From contig NC_017030.1 of assembly GCF_000255295.1 (NCBI RefSeq), positions 5,974,328 to 6,038,327 on the forward strand: a DNA stretch of 64,000 bases. The letters are read 5' to 3'. The translations under genes were made by a program, and so were the position numbers. The notes beneath the pieces are model-generated. The model saw nothing but the letters and a program-made list of their open reading frames with translations. It did no database searches and was not told the DNA's origin. Source of the DNA: Corallococcus coralloides DSM 2259. GTDB lineage: Bacteria; Myxococcota; Myxococcia; Myxococcales; Myxococcaceae. Positions 19,484-28,688 of the stretch are shown piece after piece (position 1 is the stretch's first letter; every line of letters begins with the position of its first letter).

Positions 19484-19510
19484 GGCGCGGGGGAGAGAGT
19501 CCCCCGCGCC
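19484..19510. terminator. GC hairpin (11-bp perfect stem ggcgcggggga/tcccccgcgcc, 5-nt loop) between the convergent PiT and membrane-protein genes
   Basis: The inverted repeat was read directly. The minus-strand transcript has a ctttctt tract after it. Confidence 0.45.
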
Positions 19511-19523
19511 ACCCGCGGCTGCC

Positions 19524-21311
19524 CTACTGGACGACGCGGACGTTGAGGGCCGACGACGGTCCGCCCACGGCCGGCGGCACCCAGGGCACCACCTTCTTGT
19601 TCTGCCACTGGACCAGCTTCAGCGACGGGTCCTCCAGCGGCACGTCGAAGGTGTAGGAGATGCGCGTGGGGCCCTGCGCGTCCGCCTCTTCAATCTTCAC
19701 CTTCATGCCCTTCATGTCGAACTCGTCGCCCTGGCGCACCGGGTGGCGCGCGGCGCGGTGGATGCGCTCCTCCACGGAGTCCAGGAAGTGGCCGCCATGG
19801 GTGAGCGACAGCTCCAGCGAGTTGGGGCCGGTGCGCGTCACCTTCTGCTCGTAGAGCGAATAGGACAGCACCCACCAGGCCTTCGGCAGCGGCTGGCCCG
19901 AGGACCACCAGCGCACAGAGCCGTAGATGCCGACGATGCCGTTGGGGGCGTTGAGCACCACCACGCGCTGGTTGGGGAGCTTCTCCTCCTCGAACGCCTC
20001 CTCGTAGCGCGCCTGCACGCGCCCCATGAGCGCGTCCGCCTGGGAGTACTGGTCCATGGTCTGCCACCAGATGTACGGCGCGCCCACGACGTGGATGATG
20101 GCCATCACCGCCGCGCCGGCCAGCACCGCGCCCGCGCGGAACGCCTTCGCCCGCCCCTTCCACGCGTGGCGCAGCACCACGGCCAGGCCCACCGCCGTGC
20201 CCAGGCTGGGCACGATGAGCGTGCGCGAGCCGGCGAAGGCGGAGTTGGACAGCCACGTGGACACGAACGCGCCCGTCAGCATCCAGCCCACCGTGCGCCG
20301 CTCCGCGGCCTCCAGCCGGGGCCACACGCCCCACACGAGCAGCGCGAACAGCGTCAGGCCCACCGCGCCCAGAATCGTGAAGAGGGGCACCAGGGACTGG
20401 TCGAAGATGAAGTCCGGGGGCGCGTTCAGCGTCAGGCCCGCGATGGCGGCCGGGACGCGCCCGAGCATCGCCTGGAACCACGCCACGGGCGTCCCCAGCG
20501 CGTCCAGGTACATGTCCGAGCCACCCGCGCCGTAGCCCATGGCCCGGTACGCCGCGAAGTAGATGGCCATCAGCACGCCGAAGGGGATGAGCCCCTTGAG
20601 CTTGTCCTTCGCCTGCCCCGGGCCGGAGAAGGCCTCGTAGGCCAGCACGTACGGGCTGAGGATGACCATCGTCTCGCCGCACAGGAGCGCGAGCGTGAAG
20701 GACACCAGCGCGCCCACCAGCGCGTTCTTGCGCCCCTGCTCCCGCCACTGGATGTGGAAGTAGAGACCGAGGACGCCGAACATCAGGGACATCACCACGC
20801 TGCGGTAGGACAGCCAGCCCAGCACCGCCGCGTGCGAGCCCCAGATGGCGAAGAGGACCATCGCCACGCCCGCCACCGCCGTGGGCAGCACGCGCTTGAA
20901 CAGCACGCCCGCCAGCGCCACCAGGCCCACGTACCAGAGCAACGAGTGGAGCTGGTAGGCCTCCGAGACGCGGTTGTAGAGCAGGTGATCCAGTCCGTAG
21001 AGCAGGCTGCCCAGGGGCCGGAAGAACGAGACGCGCACGGTGGGCTCCACCCACCACGGGAAGACGCCCACCTCCGCCAGCCGCAGCGTGTGCTCCGGGA
21101 TGCCCGTGGCCGTGCGGTACACGTCCAGGTGCGTGTTGCCCAGCGGCGCGGGCGGCGGAATGTTGTCCCAGACGCCCAGCCAGATGAAGTCATCCGGCAT
21201 GAACCCCGAGCGCAACGCCGTCGCGCCCAGCGCCAGCGCGAAGACGATGGAAATCCAGAAGTAGCGCTTAAACGGCCAACCCGGGGCGGTTGGCGAAGGT
21301 GAAGTATCCAT
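19524..21311 (-). CDS. Polytopic integral membrane protein with a C-terminal periplasmic domain (595 aa). It may be a GT-C/ArnT-like glycosyltransferase or a YfhO-like protein.
   Basis: It has about 11 predicted transmembrane helices, followed by a soluble region of about 180 aa. No definitive motif was found. Confidence 0.55.
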   Translation of the reverse strand: MDTSPSPTAPGWPFKRYFWISIVFALALGATALRSGFMPDDFIWLGVWDNIPPPAPLGNTHLDVYRTATGIPEHTLRLAEVGVFPWWVEPTVRVSFFRPLGSLLYGLDHLLYNRVSEAYQLHSLLWYVGLVALAGVLFKRVLPTAVAGVAMVLFAIWGSHAAVLGWLSYRSVVMSLMFGVLGLYFHIQWREQGRKNALVGALVSFTLALLCGETMVILSPYVLAYEAFSGPGQAKDKLKGLIPFGVLMAIYFAAYRAMGYGAGGSDMYLDALGTPVAWFQAMLGRVPAAIAGLTLNAPPDFIFDQSLVPLFTILGAVGLTLFALLVWGVWPRLEAAERRTVGWMLTGAFVSTWLSNSAFAGSRTLIVPSLGTAVGLAVVLRHAWKGRAKAFRAGAVLAGAAVMAIIHVVGAPYIWWQTMDQYSQADALMGRVQARYEEAFEEEKLPNQRVVVLNAPNGIVGIYGSVRWWSSGQPLPKAWWVLSYSLYEQKVTRTGPNSLELSLTHGGHFLDSVEERIHRAARHPVRQGDEFDMKGMKVKIEEADAQGPTRISYTFDVPLEDPSLKLVQWQNKKVVPWVPPAVGGPSSALNVRVVQ

Positions 21312-21531
21312 GTTTCAAAGATCTATCAGCCCGCCCCCCACACGAGATAGGTCCTCCTGGGTCGTCCGCTGCCACCGGAAACGCGCGGAGAGTGCGGCGC
21401 GCGCGACGGAGATCCTTTGCCACCGCCCGGACTCCGGGTGATCCTCCACCGACGAAGGGGGACGCGGTCCGGCAGGTGAAAACACGAACGCGAGCGCCCG
21501 TTGCAGCCGCGCCGCCGCCGGGCCCGCTCGC

Positions 21532-22947
21532 ATGCGCATCGCCATCATCGCCACGTACACCCATCCGACCCGGCTGCGAATCAAGGAACCCTCCATCATG
21601 CAGTCCTCCGTGCCGGAGCTCATCGCGGGCCTGTGCCCGGAGCACGCGCAGGTGGAGATCTTCAACGAGAAGGAGGCGGACCTGCCGTTGGACCGGCACT
21701 GGGACCTCGTCTTCTTCTCGTACCTGCACTCGTATTACGAGCACACCAAGGTCCTCTCCACCCTCTTCCGTCAGCGCGGCATGACGACGGTGGCGGGAGG
21801 CCGGCACGCGAGCCACTTCCCCGACGACGCGGCGAAGTACTTCGACGCGGTCATCACCGGGGAGCCGGAGTCCAACGTGCCCGCGCTCATCGCGGACTTC
21901 GAGAAGGGCGAACTCAAGCCCCGCTACAGCCTGCCGTCGCAGGGGGCCGCGGCCATCCGGCCATACCGCTACGAGCTCATCGACTTCACGCACAACAAGG
22001 TGCGCCTGCCGGGCATCGAGGCGTCGCGCGGCTGCCCCTTCACGTGCAACTTCTGCGTGCTCACCGGCCACGAGCGCTACCGCTTCCGGCCCATCCCGGA
22101 GGTCATCGACGAAATCCAGACGCGCATGCGCTGGAACCCGAACTTCCTGGGGCTGATGGGGGACGCGTTCGTCTTCCTGGACAACAACCTGGGCGGCTCG
22201 CCCAAGTACCTGCGCGCGCTGTGCGAAGCGCTCATCCCCTTGAAGAAGACCTGGGGCTGCGCGCTCACCTTCAACGTGCTCAAGGACGAGTCGCTGGTGA
22301 AGCTGATGGCGAAGGCGGGCTGCCGCTACGTCTACACCGGCCTGGAGTCGCTCAACCCGGACTCGCTCAAGGCGATGAACAAGGGCCAGAACAAGCTGTC
22401 GGAGGTGGACGCCGTCATCCGCCGCGTCTTCTCCGCCGGCATCCTGCTGTCGTTCGGACTCATCGTCGGCTCGGACGGCGACACCAACGAGTACCTGCAC
22501 CGGCTGCCGGACTACCTGGCGGACCTGAAGTACTTCTCCGTCACGTTCCTGGGCATCGTGTGCCCGTATCCGGAGACGCCCTTCTTCCGAGAGCTCAAGG
22601 CCGAGGACCGGCTTCTGCCCGGCACCACCAGCCGCGACTACGACGGCTACACGCTGTGCCACCGGCCCAAGCAGATGCACGCGTCGGAGGTGGTGGAGCA
22701 CTTCCAGCGGCTGTGCCGCACGTTGGGGAGCCTGCCCAACATCGCGCGGCACTACGCGTCCAAGCTGATGATGAGCGACCTGCCCCGCTACAAGCAGACC
22801 ATCCTCTTCTCCGGGCCCGAAATCGTCAGCATCCGCAACCCGGTGAAGAACCCGGAGCGCCGCTACATCGCGGGGCTGGATGCCATCGAGGCGTGGGACG
22901 CGGAGCGGATGCCCGCGCTGGGCCTCACGCCGCAGGTCCTGACCTGA
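21532..22947 (+). CDS. B12-binding-domain radical SAM protein (class B)
   Basis: The N-terminus has a cobalamin-binding-like Rossmann region. The radical SAM cluster motif is CPFTCNFC (CxxxCxxC). Confidence 0.85.
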   Translation: MRIAIIATYTHPTRLRIKEPSIMQSSVPELIAGLCPEHAQVEIFNEKEADLPLDRHWDLVFFSYLHSYYEHTKVLSTLFRQRGMTTVAGGRHASHFPDDAAKYFDAVITGEPESNVPALIADFEKGELKPRYSLPSQGAAAIRPYRYELIDFTHNKVRLPGIEASRGCPFTCNFCVLTGHERYRFRPIPEVIDEIQTRMRWNPNFLGLMGDAFVFLDNNLGGSPKYLRALCEALIPLKKTWGCALTFNVLKDESLVKLMAKAGCRYVYTGLESLNPDSLKAMNKGQNKLSEVDAVIRRVFSAGILLSFGLIVGSDGDTNEYLHRLPDYLADLKYFSVTFLGIVCPYPETPFFRELKAEDRLLPGTTSRDYDGYTLCHRPKQMHASEVVEHFQRLCRTLGSLPNIARHYASKLMMSDLPRYKQTILFSGPEIVSIRNPVKNPERRYIAGLDAIEAWDAERMPALGLTPQVLT

Positions 22948-23836
22948 GCCGGGACGGCAGGCGCACGTCCCACGCCAGCCCCAGGGCCTGGAGCGCCCGG
23001 ATGAAGAGCCAACCCGGGTCCCACTGCCACCACACCCAGCCGTGCCGAGCGGACGCGGGGAAGGCGTGGTGGTTGTTGTGCCAGCCCTCGCCCAGCGCGA
23101 GCACGCTCACCCACCACACGTTGCGGCTGAGGTCGCGCGTGTCGTGGACGCGGTGGCCGAACGCCGCGTGGCACACCGAGTTCACCGCATAGGTGCTCTG
23201 CATCCAGCACACCACGGGCAGGAAGAAGTACGCGGGCACCGTGCGCCAGCCGAAGGTCAGCCCCACGAAGAGCACCCCCAGCACCTGCGGCGCGATGCGG
23301 TAGCGCAAAAGCCAATGGTAGTAGCCGTCATCCGCCATGTCGCGGCACCAGGTGCGCCAGCCGTCCTCTTCGGTGGAGGCCTCGTTGAGGATCCACCCCA
23401 TGTGCGCGTACCAGAAGCCGCGCACCGGCGAGTGCACGTCCCCGTCCGCGTCCGCCTTCGCGTGGTGCAGCCGGTGGTTCGCGGCCCACAGGAGCGGGCT
23501 GCCCTGCGCCGTGAGCATGGCCACCGTCACCAGCGCGTACTCCACCCAGCGGGGGCACGCGAAGGCGCGGTGGCACAGGAGCCGGTGCAGCCCCACCGTC
23601 GTGCCCAGGCCAATGGACACGTACACGGCCAGCGCCACCGGCAGCGCGTACGGCGGCCAGGGCAGGAAGAACGCCAGCGCGGCCAGCCCGTGGACCACGA
23701 GCATGTAGCTGACGATGACGGGACTGAGCTGGAAGCGGAGCGGCGCGGTGATCATGGCCCGGTGCGGTGGTCGAGGAAGAAGCACGCAGTCTAGGGGCCC
23801 CGCCTGACGGGACAAGGAATGCGCCCGGCGCGTCAC
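22925..23836 (-). CDS. Acyl-CoA (stearoyl-CoA-type, delta-9) desaturase-family protein
   Basis: It has the His boxes HRLLCH, HRLHH and HNNHH and four transmembrane segments. The start is ambiguous between 23836 and 23755 (MITAPLRF). The gene overlaps or abuts the cyclase stop, and its 3' end overlaps the convergent radical SAM gene by 23 bp. Confidence 0.85.
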   Translation of the reverse strand: MTRRAHSLSRQAGPLDCVLLPRPPHRAMITAPLRFQLSPVIVSYMLVVHGLAALAFFLPWPPYALPVALAVYVSIGLGTTVGLHRLLCHRAFACPRWVEYALVTVAMLTAQGSPLLWAANHRLHHAKADADGDVHSPVRGFWYAHMGWILNEASTEEDGWRTWCRDMADDGYYHWLLRYRIAPQVLGVLFVGLTFGWRTVPAYFFLPVVCWMQSTYAVNSVCHAAFGHRVHDTRDLSRNVWWVSVLALGEGWHNNHHAFPASARHGWVWWQWDPGWLFIRALQALGLAWDVRLPSRLRSGPAA

Positions 23837-26800
23837 ATCACGCGGGCGTCACGGACCCGGGCGGCCTGGGCCGCCATGAGCGCCTCGGCCGGCGGGGCCT
23901 GGAGCGTGGCCTGGAAGCGGTCCACTCGGCGCAGCTCCGCGCGGGCCTCCACCTCCGTGAAGATGGCGCGCGCACGGGCGAGGAAGTCCTCGCGCCGGTG
24001 CGGCAGGGCCACCGCCGCGTCGAAGTAGGCCACGCCCGTCTCCCAGCGGTTGGGGCTCTTCTCCAGGACGGCGATGGCCTCCAGGAACACCGGCTCCGCG
24101 GCCTTCGGGCCCTTGCGCAGGGCCAGCGAGCGCGCCGTCACGCGCAGCGCCGGGCCCTTCAGGTACGGATAGAGCCGCGCGATGACGCGCGCCTTGATGC
24201 AGGACAGGCGGACGATCTTCAGCAGCTCCTTGCGCGGCACCACCGTGGCGCCCTCCTCCAGCGCGAAGAGGGCCGCCTCCGCCGCGTCCACCAGCCCCAC
24301 CTGGAGGAAGGGCACCAGCACCTGGTAGCTCCAGATGCTCTTGAAGCAGCGCACCGCGACGAGCGCCGCCTCCTCCACCTGGTGCTCGCGCACCGTGACG
24401 TTGGCCAGGTGGTTGAGGCTCGCGCACTGGTTGGCCAGGTCCGCCACCTCTTCGCTGATGCGCAGGCCCTGCTCCAGCTCCGCGCACAGTTCGCCCACGT
24501 CGCCTTCGCCCATGAGGTAGCGGCACATGGGCGCCCACGAGTGCGCCCAGCCCTGGTGCATCAGCGCGTTGAGCTCCACGCCAATGGTCCCCATCTGCTC
24601 GTAGAGCGCCACCGCCGTGCGGAAGCGCGAGTGGAGGAACTCGCCCGTGGCCTGCATCATCAGCGACGTCTGGCGCTCCCAGCGCTCGCCCACCTGGCGC
24701 AGCGTGGAGACGGCCTCCTCCTGGAAGGTGCGCGCGCGCTCCAGCTCGTTGGCGAAGAAGGCCTGGATGCCCAGGCGGCTGAGCGCGAGCCCCTCCGCCA
24801 CGGGGTCCTTGGAGCGGCGCGCGTACTCCAGCGCCTTCTCGCAGTGGTAGCGCGCGCGCTTGAGCAGTCCCGCGCCGAACAGGAGCGTGCCGTAGTAGCC
24901 GCGCGCCAGGCTGATGGCGTAGTCGCTGCGCGAGCGCTCCGCCATGTTGGTGGACACCAGCGTCGCCCAGGTGAGCTTGGTGATGTCCGCGAAGTAGTAG
25001 ATGCGGATGAGCGAGTTGAGCGTGGACAGCTGCTGCAGGTAGTTGCCCAGCCTCGCCGCCGGCAGCGGGCGCAGGATGAAGGGCAACAGCGACGCGAGCC
25101 CTCGCAGCAGGAGATTGGCCAGCGTGCGCAGGCCCAGCGCGGCCAGGCTCCCCGGGAGGCTGCGGCCCCTCAGCACCAGCGACTTCTCCAGGTGCTGCGT
25201 GGCGAGCGCGGACTCGCCCTTCTCCTGGTGCGCGCGGCCCAGGCCCAGGTGCAGCTCCGCCTGGCGGGGGATCTCCTCCTCGTCCACCAGGCACTGTTCG
25301 AACATCAGGATGGCGTTGGCGTAGTGGCCCGCCTGGAGGAGCGTCTCCGCCAGTTCCTGCATCACCCGGCGCGTCTGGAGCAGCGTCACCTCCGGGTCCA
25401 CCGGGACGACGGTGCCGAGCAGCTCCAGGCCCCGGTTGTAGTGGTAGAGCGCGTCGTCGTTCGCGTACTGCGCCCGCGCGCTGCGGGCCGCCATCAGCGT
25501 GTACTCCAGGCCCTTGTCCTCCACGTTGCCCGCAAGGAAGTGGAACGCGAGCAGACCCGCGGAGCCCGCGAGGTTGTCGTTGGCGCGGGCCTCCAGGTAG
25601 CGCGCGAGCCGGCGGTGCAGGTCCTCACGCGCCGACACCAGCAGCGTGTTGTAGGCCACGTCGCGGATGACGATGTGCTTGAAGAGGCAGGTGTACGGCT
25701 CCTCCGTCTCCAGCAGGATGAGGCCCAGGCGCTGCAGCGTGTCCATGGCCTCGCGCAGCACGCGGTGGCCCAGGGTGGGCACCAGCGCCGCAACGGCGTC
25801 CAGCGTGAAGATGCGCCCGATGACGGACGCCACCTTCACCACCAGCTTCTCCGTCTCGCTGAGCAGGTCGATGCGCGACAGCACCACGTCCTGGATGGAG
25901 TCCGGCAGCAGCAGGTCCTGCAGGCCGCGCTTCAGCTCCATCCGCTGCGAGCCGGGCTCCACCGGCCCCAGGTAGCCCTGCTCCGCCAGGCCCTCCACGA
26001 TGGATTCGATGAAGAACGGGTTGCCCTGCACCTTCGCGAGCAGCCGGTCCTCCAGCGCGACGTCCGGCGGCGTCAGTCGCAGGTGCACGCGCAGGAGCGC
26101 CCGCGTGTCCTCGTCGTCCAGGCTCGACAGGTCCACCGGGACGAACTCCGGCAGGTCGCGCAGCCCGCGGAGCTGGTCGCCCGGGCGCATCGTCGCCAGC
26201 ACCATGATGCGGTGCGAGCCCACGCGCAGCGCCAGGTACTGGAGCAGGTCCAGCGAGATGTAGTCCGCCCAGTGCAGGTCCTCGAAGTAGAGCAGCAGCG
26301 GCTGCGCGCGGCTGAGCTTCTCCAGGAGCTGGAAGACGATTTGAAACACCTTCTGTTGCTTGCGACGCGCGTCGATGCCCGCGGTGGCGGACGTCTCCTC
26401 CAGCGCGATGCCGAGGATGCCCGCGACCACGGGGATCCACTCCGGCCCCACGTCCTCCAGGCCTTCCAGCCCCTGCCGCAGGCGCGCGAGCTGCGCGTCG
26501 GTGTCGTCCGAGTCGTGCAGTCCGAACGCCTGGAGCAGCACCTCCTTCCAGGGGAAGAAGGGGGTGAAGGCCTCGTAGGAATAGCAGACGCCGTACAGCG
26601 CCCGGGCGCCGCCCTCCTCCGCGTCCTCCAGCACGCGCGCGCCCAGCCGCGACTTGCCGATGCCCGCCTCGCCGGACACCACGCTCACGCGGCCCTGGCC
26701 CGCGAAGGCCGCGGTGAGCGATTCGTGCAGCACGTTCAGCTCGCGGCTGCGGCCGATGATGTCGCCCCGGCCCTTGATGAAGAGGCCTCGGCGCGTCTCT

Positions 26801-28134
26801 CCCAGCAGCCGGTACACCGGCACCGAGCGGGAGACGCCCTTGAGCTTCGCGTCCTCCACGAACTCGGTGGCGAAGCCGCCCTGCTGCGAGCGCGCCTGGG
26901 TGTTGGCGCACAGGTGCACGCCGTCCTGGCGTCCGCCGTGCGTCATCAGGCGCGCGGCCATGTTCACGACCTCGCCCAGCGCGGAGTAGCCCTTGCGCGT
27001 GGGCGAGCCCATGTCCCCGCAGTAGGCGTGGCCGGTGGCGATGCCGATCTGCAGCTCATCCAGGAAGGGGAACTGCTCCCGGGCCTTGAGCAGCTTGCAG
27101 GCCAGCCGGCACGCCAGCACCTCCTTGTTCTGCTGGGCGGTGGGCGCGCCGAACAGGACGTAGAGCACGTTGCCCTTGTCCGTGAAGTCCGTCATCAGCA
27201 GCACGCCGCCGTGGTGGGCGGACTCGCGCTGGACGTATTCGTAATAGGCGTTGAGGTCGCGGGTGAAGGCGTCCGGATCCGTGTCCGCCTGCGCGTGCGT
27301 GAAGCGCACGAAGAAGCAGGTGACGTCGCGGAAGTCGCCCGCGAACTCCTGGTGCGCGGTGGTGATCTTCGTGAAGAGCACCGGGTGCAACAGCAGCGCG
27401 CACCGGCCCACCAGCTCCGCTCCGCCCGTGGGCGCGGGCAGCGGGCGCTTCACCGACTCCACCGGCGCGTCGAGCGCCAGCCGGTGGTTGCCGCCCTCGC
27501 GCGGCTCACCCTTGCGCGCGGACTCCGGCAGCGCCGCCCAGGCGCGCGGGCTGAGGACGACCTCCGACACCGTGGCCTGCTTCTCCGCGCCCACCGCCTG
27601 CGCCAGCGGCTCGCCCACGAGCGCCGGGTGCATCCACAGGCCGGTGCCGCCCATCATGATGCGGGTGGCCTCACCGAACCCGATGCCGATGCGCGACGAC
27701 ACGCCGAAGCGCTGGCCCAACAGCTCCAGCCGGGCGAAGCGCGCGAGCCTGCGCTGCACGTGCAGCGCGCACACCGCCGCTCGCTGCACGACGTCGGTGT
27801 CGGCCTCCTCGGGCGCGGCCTCGAAGCACGCGAGGATGGAGTCGCCAGCGAACTGGTAGATGTCCCCGCCGTGGTCGCGGACCACGTCGATCATCTCCGT
27901 GTAGTAGTTCGTCAGCAGGCGCTGGAGCGCGTCGATGCCGCGCGGGCCCGCGCCGCTCAGCCCCACCACGATGGGCGTGAAGCCCGCGATGTCCAGCAGC
28001 AGGATGGCGCCCCGCACCCCCTCGGCCCGGGGCAGCGCGTCCGCCTCCTGGCTCCCGAGCCGCGCGAGGATGGCCGCCGGCATGTAGGGCGCCAGCATCG
28101 CGACAGCGGGATCAATGGGCTGCGTGGAGGGCAT
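23833..28134 (-). CDS. Multidomain signalling protein: two tandem class III adenylyl/guanylyl cyclase (CHD) domains, an AAA+ (STAND-like) ATPase and a TPR superhelical C-terminal region (1433 aa)
   Basis: The first CHD domain reads GAILLLDIAGFTPIV...FAGDSILACF. The second reads FRDVTCFFVRFTHAQ...GDMGSP...GEVVNMAARLM. The Walker A motif is GEAGIGKSRL. The C-terminal 600 aa are helical repeats. There is no LuxR-type HTH at the C-terminus. Confidence 0.85.
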   Translation of the reverse strand: MPSTQPIDPAVAMLAPYMPAAILARLGSQEADALPRAEGVRGAILLLDIAGFTPIVVGLSGAGPRGIDALQRLLTNYYTEMIDVVRDHGGDIYQFAGDSILACFEAAPEEADTDVVQRAAVCALHVQRRLARFARLELLGQRFGVSSRIGIGFGEATRIMMGGTGLWMHPALVGEPLAQAVGAEKQATVSEVVLSPRAWAALPESARKGEPREGGNHRLALDAPVESVKRPLPAPTGGAELVGRCALLLHPVLFTKITTAHQEFAGDFRDVTCFFVRFTHAQADTDPDAFTRDLNAYYEYVQRESAHHGGVLLMTDFTDKGNVLYVLFGAPTAQQNKEVLACRLACKLLKAREQFPFLDELQIGIATGHAYCGDMGSPTRKGYSALGEVVNMAARLMTHGGRQDGVHLCANTQARSQQGGFATEFVEDAKLKGVSRSVPVYRLLGETRRGLFIKGRGDIIGRSRELNVLHESLTAAFAGQGRVSVVSGEAGIGKSRLGARVLEDAEEGGARALYGVCYSYEAFTPFFPWKEVLLQAFGLHDSDDTDAQLARLRQGLEGLEDVGPEWIPVVAGILGIALEETSATAGIDARRKQQKVFQIVFQLLEKLSRAQPLLLYFEDLHWADYISLDLLQYLALRVGSHRIMVLATMRPGDQLRGLRDLPEFVPVDLSSLDDEDTRALLRVHLRLTPPDVALEDRLLAKVQGNPFFIESIVEGLAEQGYLGPVEPGSQRMELKRGLQDLLLPDSIQDVVLSRIDLLSETEKLVVKVASVIGRIFTLDAVAALVPTLGHRVLREAMDTLQRLGLILLETEEPYTCLFKHIVIRDVAYNTLLVSAREDLHRRLARYLEARANDNLAGSAGLLAFHFLAGNVEDKGLEYTLMAARSARAQYANDDALYHYNRGLELLGTVVPVDPEVTLLQTRRVMQELAETLLQAGHYANAILMFEQCLVDEEEIPRQAELHLGLGRAHQEKGESALATQHLEKSLVLRGRSLPGSLAALGLRTLANLLLRGLASLLPFILRPLPAARLGNYLQQLSTLNSLIRIYYFADITKLTWATLVSTNMAERSRSDYAISLARGYYGTLLFGAGLLKRARYHCEKALEYARRSKDPVAEGLALSRLGIQAFFANELERARTFQEEAVSTLRQVGERWERQTSLMMQATGEFLHSRFRTAVALYEQMGTIGVELNALMHQGWAHSWAPMCRYLMGEGDVGELCAELEQGLRISEEVADLANQCASLNHLANVTVREHQVEEAALVAVRCFKSIWSYQVLVPFLQVGLVDAAEAALFALEEGATVVPRKELLKIVRLSCIKARVIARLYPYLKGPALRVTARSLALRKGPKAAEPVFLEAIAVLEKSPNRWETGVAYFDAAVALPHRREDFLARARAIFTEVEARAELRRVDRFQATLQAPPAEALMAAQAARVRDARVM

Positions 28135-28152
28135 CCGTCAGGGGCTTTCCGC

Positions 28153-28554
28153 TCAGGACAGGCTGGCGTAGCGCAGGTACAGGGCGCCCAGGCACATGGC
28201 GCCGTAGAGGGGGATTTCCGCCGTCTCCGTCCAGGGCTGCTGCTTCTTCAGCGCGCCCCAGATGTGCACCGCCGTCATCAGGCCGCCAATGAGCCCGATG
28301 AGCTCGAAGATGACCAGGTGGCTCTTGGGGTCCGGGATGAACTGCACCACCGCGATGATGACGGACAGCGCCAGGCCGCCCAGGCAGCGCGCGAAGTAGA
28401 CCGTCAAGTCGTTGTTGCCCGTGGGCAGCTCCCACCCGAACCAACGCGCCCAGCGCAGCGGGATGAACATCAACGGCAGTGCGTAGACGACCAGGAAGAC
28501 CGAGGTGGAGACCGCGAGGAACCAGCTGGCCAGCGGATAGTCGGGGTTGATCAT
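28153..28554 (-). CDS. Small hydrophobic membrane protein (133 aa, about 4 transmembrane segments)
   Basis: The ATG at 28554 was verified. The product (MINPDYPLASWFLAVSTSVFLVVYALPLMF...) lies 18 bp upstream of the cyclase gene on the same strand. Confidence 0.5.
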   Translation of the reverse strand: MINPDYPLASWFLAVSTSVFLVVYALPLMFIPLRWARWFGWELPTGNNDLTVYFARCLGGLALSVIIAVVQFIPDPKSHLVIFELIGLIGGLMTAVHIWGALKKQQPWTETAEIPLYGAMCLGALYLRYASLS

Positions 28555-28688
28555 GATGGCGGACGTGATGGGTGACGGACGTGCACCCGCGGCGCACACC
28601 CCTCCCCACGCCGTCCATCCTAGAATCTTTTGCCACCCCGTGGGGCGGCTTCCCCCCCGCCAAGGCCCTGCTTGAGCCCGCCTGCCGC

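Noticed and set aside
23767-28575. A 1602-aa plus-strand ORF, the longest in the ORF track
   Set aside because: It lies entirely antisense to the well-supported cyclase/AAA/TPR gene. Its product is dominated by Arg/Ala/Gly/Leu low-complexity sequence (RRRR, LQQ runs) with no domain signature. This is the classic high-GC opposite-strand artefact.
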